From positions 1-64,000 of IMG/VR virus record IMGVR_UViG_3300000558_000068: a stretch of 64,000 bases of DNA; one strand, written 5' to 3'. How positions within the stretch are numbered: position 1 is the stretch's first letter; every line of letters begins with the position of its first letter. This DNA comes from an uncultured virus (IMG/VR IMGVR_UViG_3300000558_000068). Its lineage: Duplodnaviria; Heunggongvirae; Uroviricota; Caudoviricetes. The notes beneath the pieces are model-generated. The model did not search any database. It saw only the letters and a list, made by a program, of their open reading frames with translations, and was not told where the DNA came from. The position numbers were made by a program, and so were the translations under genes. This document shows, piece by piece, positions 58,554 through 64,000 of this stretch.

Positions 58554-61454
58554 TTATTTTTTTAATTTCTGAATAACACTTTTAAATATATCATCGTCTA
58601 AATTTGAATCCCCCATTACTTGATCAATAACTTTAATTTTCTTCATAAGTGCGTGATATAGATGGAGATCCAGAGTTTCTGATACTATGTTATAATACAC
58701 GTTTACCACCTTTTTAGTTCCAATACGATAACACCTATCTTGTGCTTGAAGATGATCTGCCGGCAACCAAGATAAATCATTAAAGACAACCAATTCGGCC
58801 GCTGTTAATGTAATACCAACACCTGCAGATATAATATTACCAATAAATACCTTAACATTGGGATCGTTTTGGAATCGTTCGATAGATTCCTCACGATTAT
58901 TTTTTGACATTGGCCCGTGGTGTATAACTGACATTTTACCGAAATGATTGTGTAATTGTAATAGAGGCTCAGTGAAATTGGTAAAGATAACAACCTTTTT
59001 ACCTTCTTCTATTGCGTTTTCAACGATTTCAATGGTAAATTCAACTTTAGATAGAGCTAAAAATTGACGTAATTTAACTAATTGTGACAAATGAAGAGCG
59101 AGATTTACAGTTTTTTGATGATCAGCCCATGTTTGATATTCCCCAACAATTTTTTGGTATTCTTCCTTACATTGTAATGGGAGATAAATGGGCTGTACAA
59201 TCTTTTCTGGTAGATCTAATATATCTTCTTTTCTTCGTCTTAAAATAACATCTTGGGTACAATTATGCAATTCTTCTAAATTACTAGCACCTTTGGTATC
59301 CCATATTTTCCTCCCACCCCTACCATAAAATTGTTTACCAGCACAATACCGGATAACATAGCCCATCCAACTACGGGCCAGACGATGTTTACATAAGGCT
59401 AATAAATTATACAAATCAATTGGCCGATTAGTAACTGGCGTCCCAGTCAATAACCATACACGTTTAATGTTTTTGGATAAATCATTAAATATTTTAGCGC
59501 GCTGGCTTTGTTGGTTTTTTGTATAGTGGCAATTACTAACCAAAATGTTATTAGCAAAATAATTATGATTGTCGTTTATTTCGAGATTATAAACTGTTGT
59601 ATTTTTTGAGCCACCAGATTTGGGTCTTGATCTACTTCTTTGTTCCAAAACCTCAACACTTTCCACCCTAACGCATTTAACACTTCCGTTTTGCGATGAT
59701 CCAAAAATTTCCATTTTTTCATTTTGTGGGTATTTCCATCGATTTCGATTGATATTTTTAATTCGGGATGAGCAATATCTGGCGAATAATGGAAGGGTAA
59801 AGAAGGAAACTGGTCGAAGACTTCTTTTGTTTTTATTGGAAACTCTAACATCCATCGATGATCCATCTGAAATAGTATATCGTATATTATTTTTTGTTGT
59901 TTGGTTATCTGACCGTTTCCACCACGAGATAAAAATGTTCGGCCTTTCATTTTTTCCGTCATTTTTTCTTTCACGCCCGGTTTTGACATTAGCGGATCGT
60001 TTTTTAATCGGTCTGATAATTGTTGTATTAATTCTGGCCTTTTTTGAAAAGTCAATTTGTGTGTAATTGATGACTTTTGATAAACTGTTTCGTTGTGTAT
60101 CTTTGCAAATTTCTCTGGCTGTCTCATTGTCCCTTTTGCTGAACAAGATCGACAACAAAATCGTCTTTTGTCTGACGGTTTTTTTGTAAATTCGATTCCA
60201 CATTCTTGACAAATTTGTATAATTCGTGGCCTTTTTCTTTTTAATGTGTTTGATATTCGTATATTCACTTCCTGATCTCTGGATGAGCAAAGAATCGAAC
60301 AGTGTTTGCTTTTGTTGTATTTTTGCCGCTTGGTTAATTCCTTCTGACAAACCAAACAATGTGTCGTTTGGTTTAATTTTATTTGCTTTGACATATCCTT
60401 CATTTTTAATAAATATTTTATGGTTTGGTGTGCATTCGATAATTAATCCGTTATTTGTTTTTATTTTTAATAGTCTGTTGCTTGTTTCATTTTTTATCCA
60501 TCTAATGATTTTTTTATGCTCTAATTTATTTGTTTTTAAATTATAACTTAATATTTGTACATTCAAATTATTTTCAACAATGTCACCTATTTTCATTTGC
60601 CCGAATTCGGTTGTTACTAAAGTATTATATGTAAAACACTCATCCCCAATAATTATATCAAAATTTTCATCTACTATTGTCGTAATTAATAACTGATCTT
60701 TTTTTCTTTTATCCGGAACTGTATGGAAATTTTTAAGAATATCATAATTAACTATTGTCCATTTCCCGCCCGATATCCATTCACTTCCATTAATGATATT
60801 AATTTGCCGTGTAGATTCTAACATTTCGATTTCTTTTTTCCAGTTTAATTTTAACGATGCTGGGCACACAATTAATATCTTTTCTGATTTAGACTCTATC
60901 GATGCAACAATTGATTCATAGCTTTTTCCTAACCCGCAATCGTCAGCTAATATAAACCTATCATTCTCTAATAACTTAATAATACCTTCAATTTGATATT
61001 TATATGGTTTTCTTTCATAGTTATCCCAATGGTCTTCCGAGAATTCTATTTTATTTATTGCTTTGGGTTTAATTATTGAATGTTTTGGTATCCACAAGTC
61101 CACACATTTATCATCTTCCCAAATCTTTCCCCATATATGAATAGCCTTATCTGTATTTGATAATAGTTTTTGAATGTATATCTTGGTTGGTTTCTCTACA
61201 CATAAAAATTTCTTTTGTAATTCTTCTCCACAATAACCATCAATATTGTACCACTTATTAATTCCTATTACTTTCTTATCATAATTCTTAACAACGTATT
61301 CAGATATTTTTCGCCCAAATGTAGTTTCACCATTAAGAACCCGGTTTTTTAATATAAGCAAGAAATTGTTATTACCACTATAATCTTTTAAAATGGTAAT
61401 AGCACGTTTTTCAACTGGCTGGTATTTTAGCTCGTTAATTTGACTTTCATCCAT
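58554..61454 (-). CDS. SNF2/SWI2-like helicase containing an intein (start ATG 61454)
   Basis: Q motif YQ, ADDCGLGKS, VCPASL, DE|CH, LTGTP, GVGITLTAA, QAQDRCYRIG. Confidence 0.92.
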   Translation of the reverse strand: MDESQINELKYQPVEKRAITILKDYSGNNNFLLILKNRVLNGETTFGRKISEYVVKNYDKKVIGINKWYNIDGYCGEELQKKFLCVEKPTKIYIQKLLSNTDKAIHIWGKIWEDDKCVDLWIPKHSIIKPKAINKIEFSEDHWDNYERKPYKYQIEGIIKLLENDRFILADDCGLGKSYESIVASIESKSEKILIVCPASLKLNWKKEIEMLESTRQINIINGSEWISGGKWTIVNYDILKNFHTVPDKRKKDQLLITTIVDENFDIIIGDECFTYNTLVTTEFGQMKIGDIVENNLNVQILSYNLKTNKLEHKKIIRWIKNETSNRLLKIKTNNGLIIECTPNHKIFIKNEGYVKANKIKPNDTLFGLSEGINQAAKIQQKQTLFDSLLIQRSGSEYTNIKHIKKKKATNYTNLSRMWNRIYKKTVRQKTILLSILFSKRDNETAREICKDTQRNSLSKVINYTQIDFSKKARINTTIIRPIKKRSANVKTGRERKNDGKNERPNIFISWWKRSDNQTTKNNIRYTISDGSSMDVRVSNKNKRSLRPVSFFTLPLFARYCSSRIKNINRNRWKYPQNEKMEIFGSSQNGSVKCVRVESVEVLEQRSRSRPKSGGSKNTTVYNLEINDNHNYFANNILVSNCHYTKNQQSQRAKIFNDLSKNIKRVWLLTGTPVTNRPIDLYNLLALCKHRLARSWMGYVIRYCAGKQFYGRGGRKIWDTKGASNLEELHNCTQDVILRRRKEDILDLPEKIVQPIYLPLQCKEEYQKIVGEYQTWADHQKTVNLALHLSQLVKLRQFLALSKVEFTIEIVENAIEEGKKVVIFTNFTEPLLQLHNHFGKMSVIHHGPMSKNNREESIERFQNDPNVKVFIGNIISAGVGITLTAAELVVFNDLSWLPADHLQAQDRCYRIGTKKVVNVYYNIVSETLDLHLYHALMKKIKVIDQVMGDSNLDDDIFKSVIQKLKK
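59532..60638 (-). mobile_element. Intein (369 aa) in the helicase Walker B (DE^CH)
   Basis: CFTYNT start, block B CTPNH, VYNLEI..NHNYFAN.ILVSN end, Cys+1. Confidence 0.92.
59576..60403 (-). CDS. Zinc-finger + DUF559/Vsr-like endonuclease nested in the +1 frame of the intein
   Basis: CLVC..CSILC, CQEC..CCRSC; PDIA...IEIDG..H...D..K...L..LGWKVLRFWN. Confidence 0.85.
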   Translation of the reverse strand: MKDMSKQIKLNQTTHCLVCQKELTKRQKYNKSKHCSILCSSRDQEVNIRISNTLKRKRPRIIQICQECGIEFTKKPSDKRRFCCRSCSAKGTMRQPEKFAKIHNETVYQKSSITHKLTFQKRPELIQQLSDRLKNDPLMSKPGVKEKMTEKMKGRTFLSRGGNGQITKQQKIIYDILFQMDHRWMLEFPIKTKEVFDQFPSLPFHYSPDIAHPELKISIEIDGNTHKMKKWKFLDHRKTEVLNALGWKVLRFWNKEVDQDPNLVAQKIQQFIISK

Positions 61455-61498
61455 ACAAAATAAATATAATTGACGGATATTTATTGTAAAGATTAAAA

Positions 61499-62017
61499 AT
61501 GAGTCAAAACATTGTGCCAATAAACAGAAATTCGAAATTCTACGGACTAAATGACATGCAAACAGAGATAAACATGGGTAGGGAATATATCGAGGGTGAC
61601 ATAGATTTTCGTGTTGTCTTATACCGGGTTGATCATGAAAAAACAAACACGGACGATTTATATGGTGAAGTTGAAGCCTATCAAATAAAATATAAATCAC
61701 CAATAGAATTAAGTTGCTCAGTATCGTTAAAACCAAAACAAAATAAACAATATGGGACTAACGCATCACTAATTAGAGAAGAATGGGGTAATCTTGAATT
61801 TAACGTGTATGAAGAACAATTAAAAGAACTTGATATTGAGATTAATAAAGGAGACTACGTTGGATATCCTGTCCGCGAGAATTTTTTTAAGTATTTTAGC
61901 GTGGTTGATAATGATAAGGTTAATGATGACACAACCAGATTATTGGGATTGAAAAAAGGGTTCTATCGTCATATCGTGTGTACACCAACAGATAACAGCG
62001 AATTTATGGTTAATTAA
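61499..62017 (+). CDS. Head closure/neck protein, T4 gp14-like
   Basis: VVLYRVD...DDLYGE; LKELDIEINKGDYV; structural context. Confidence 0.6.
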   Translation: MSQNIVPINRNSKFYGLNDMQTEINMGREYIEGDIDFRVVLYRVDHEKTNTDDLYGEVEAYQIKYKSPIELSCSVSLKPKQNKQYGTNASLIREEWGNLEFNVYEEQLKELDIEINKGDYVGYPVRENFFKYFSVVDNDKVNDDTTRLLGLKKGFYRHIVCTPTDNSEFMVN

Positions 62018-62020
62018 AAT

Positions 62021-62251
62021 ATGATAAATTTACAGGAAGAAATAAAAAAATCAAAAAAATTGATGGGAATTAATGCGACAAATTTACATGAATTATTATC
62101 ACGAACTGTTGTTATGAAATATCGTGGAATAAAAGTAACATTATTATCAACCGAACAATCATCCCTTGCCCAAGAAAAAGCTAAAAAAATGCTAGATGAT
62201 ATTCTACAAAATCATAATAACATTGTTGAGATAACACTTCAAATTCAATAA
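62021..62251 (+). CDS. Small protein with LQEEIKK leader
   Basis: MINLQEEIKKSKKLMGI. Confidence 0.55.
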   Translation: MINLQEEIKKSKKLMGINATNLHELLSRTVVMKYRGIKVTLLSTEQSSLAQEKAKKMLDDILQNHNNIVEITLQIQ

Positions 62252-62254
62252 TAT

Positions 62255-62470
62255 ATGGGATTTAAGAAAACAATGACGGATATATTAAACTCACTTCCTG
62301 TAATTAAAAACAAGATTTATAAAAGTGCTGGTGTTTATGCTAGCGAAACAGATAACACGGGTACAGGAAGAACAAATAAAACTGACGGATTTACCATGTC
62401 AACGGATCCTTTAGGTGGAGATGATACTATGACATTAACCGATAGAAAAATAGTAATTAATAGGAAATAA
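62255..62470 (+). CDS. Small hypothetical protein
   Basis: 71-aa ORF in operon. Confidence 0.5.
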   Translation: MGFKKTMTDILNSLPVIKNKIYKSAGVYASETDNTGTGRTNKTDGFTMSTDPLGGDDTMTLTDRKIVINRK

Positions 62471-62474
62471 TAAC

Positions 62475-63497
62475 GTGGAAAACTTACAAGAAGAAATTAA
62501 TAGAACAAAGATTATTAGAAATATTTTATTAGAATATCATGGAGTTCAGTTAGATATCAATAAATTAACAAATGAAGTAACTGATGGCGTTGTTAATAAA
62601 TTATCTAATGCATTCGCCGGGTTTCAATTTGACGAAACTTATAATGTTGGTCAAATATTTAAAACAGATGAAATAGTTGAACAAAACACTAAAATTGATA
62701 ATGTTGTGGTTAAAGTTGATATAACAAAAACTAATAAATTTTTGGTGGATGGTGGATTGGCGGCGGAGCAAACAGAAAAAAAGGATAACGGATTGTGTAA
62801 TGTACTTTTAAATCTGGAAATCTGTGTTAATGATGACAATTTTTCTTTACTTAGAACTAAAATATTATCTGTTATTTCACACGAACTAAATCATGCTTTT
62901 AAAGTTGTTGAAGTTATAAATAAAAAATCAAAATCATTAACTTACAACTCGGCAGTGAAATTAACCGGGTTTGGACTTATAACAAAATTAAAAGATTATC
63001 CCCTGTTGCAAGAATTTTTACATATGTTTTATTTGTCTTTATCTGATGAAATTAATGCTAGGGTTCAACAAACATATTCAGAACTACAAACAATAACATC
63101 AAATGATTATAACGACACAATACGGCAGTTACTACAATTCAATCCACTAAATGATGCTAAAAAAATGATGCATTATAATGTTAAAGATATTTATTTGCTT
63201 GATCCAAACTTTTTAAACTATTTCATTCACGAGTTCAACAATAACTTAGAGTATTGTGCAGAGAAAGATGGTATAGAATTAAGAACAAAATTAGGAATTA
63301 ATAGTTTTTTTAATTATTGGGAATATGTTATTAAAGGTAGGGGAATAATACTGTATCATAAAATATTAAGATTAGTTGCGGATAAACATGAAGTATCCGA
63401 TAATGCTCTAATGAAAAAAATAAATAAAAAAACGTTAAATGAAATCACCGGAGATGCATATAACATTTTTAATAGATATGATGAAGATTACCATTAA
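62475..63497 (+). CDS. HExxH zincin-like paralog C
   Basis: GTG start; NLQEEINR, LLEYHG, SHELNHAF, EINARVQQ. Confidence 0.7.
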   Translation: MENLQEEINRTKIIRNILLEYHGVQLDINKLTNEVTDGVVNKLSNAFAGFQFDETYNVGQIFKTDEIVEQNTKIDNVVVKVDITKTNKFLVDGGLAAEQTEKKDNGLCNVLLNLEICVNDDNFSLLRTKILSVISHELNHAFKVVEVINKKSKSLTYNSAVKLTGFGLITKLKDYPLLQEFLHMFYLSLSDEINARVQQTYSELQTITSNDYNDTIRQLLQFNPLNDAKKMMHYNVKDIYLLDPNFLNYFIHEFNNNLEYCAEKDGIELRTKLGINSFFNYWEYVIKGRGIILYHKILRLVADKHEVSDNALMKKINKKTLNEITGDAYNIFNRYDEDYH

Positions 63498-63508
63498 AAA
63501 ACAATAAT

Positions 63509-64000
63509 ATGTCACTACCCAAAAGAAAGAAAGATTTTCACTTATCACCGGTTCGAGAAGGAATTCATGGGCTAGATGCTCGGTCAACCTATGAATATGC
63601 TGATAATTGGCAAGATAATGAAAGGATTGAACAAATTTTCGAAGAAGTACAAAAGGGACGAGGTTATTTTCCACAATCAGTACTCCATGAAGATCACGAT
63701 AAAGCTTTCATTGAATTTATTAAAAACGATTGTAAATTAATAACATCGGTAGTGGACCAAAAAAGAAAAGTAATACAGAAAAAAGACGTTCCGGTATTCT
63801 TTCTTAATATTCAACGATGGAAGGAATTCACGCAAACATGGCAATTAATGGACAACAAACAAGTTATTTCCATGCCATTTATTACAATCGTCAGAAAGCT
63901 AGAAGTAACCAAAGATGAAAACACTCCCAACACAATTCCGGTAAGAAGATTATTTCCTTATCAATATGTACCTACGTGGGATGGTAATAAAAAAGGCGTG
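63509..64000 (+). CDS. Tail terminator (gp15-like), runs off the window
   Basis: Open frame MSLPKRKK...D.AFIEFI...VPVFF..QRW...MPFITIVR; follows neck genes. Confidence 0.55.
   Translation, partial: MSLPKRKKDFHLSPVREGIHGLDARSTYEYADNWQDNERIEQIFEEVQKGRGYFPQSVLHEDHDKAFIEFIKNDCKLITSVVDQKRKVIQKKDVPVFFLNIQRWKEFTQTWQLMDNKQVISMPFITIVRKLEVTKDENTPNTIPVRRLFPYQYVPTWDGNKKGV

Noticed and set aside
61455..61736. N-terminal extension of the helicase ORF as given in the track
   Set aside because: It overlaps the opposite-strand gp14-like gene and reads as non-protein-like; ATG 61454 fits a divergent intergenic gap.
1..64000. Stop-codon reassignment as in some large phages
   Set aside because: Genes are full-length and densely packed under the standard code, and TAA, TGA and TAG all end ORFs.

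Overview
AT-rich, densely coding window that reads as part of a large T4-like (jumbo/mega) dsDNA phage. The host is probably a member of Bacteroidota: there are two perfect TTTG-N20-TAnnTTTG promoters, a T9SS-cargo-like gene and an Hc1-like gene. Contents: tyrosine recombinase, primase, exonuclease, SbcD/SbcC (gp47/gp46), gp55-like sigma factor, a ~24 kb glycan-synthesis block (gmd, fcl, DegT, GT2/GT4/GT7/GT10, methyltransferases), family B DNA polymerase, SNF2 helicase, and neck, tail-terminator and baseplate-like genes. Most notable: (1) a Cas-less CRISPR-like mini-array (4 x 36-bp repeats, 3 x 30-bp spacers, type VI-B-like geometry) whose first repeat encodes the C-terminus of a phage protein and whose last repeat differs mainly by synonymous changes; (2) a helicase intein whose endonuclease (zinc-finger + DUF559/Vsr-like) is encoded in the +1 frame, with both frames open for ~830 nt; (3) modular proteins joined by a recurring EGLNLPK linker, plus shared N-terminal leaders suggesting protease-processed capsid cargo; (4) a promoter- and terminator-bounded structured small-RNA candidate; (5) a cassette-like gene beside the recombinase. 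All family calls come from motif recognition by eye; no searches were run.
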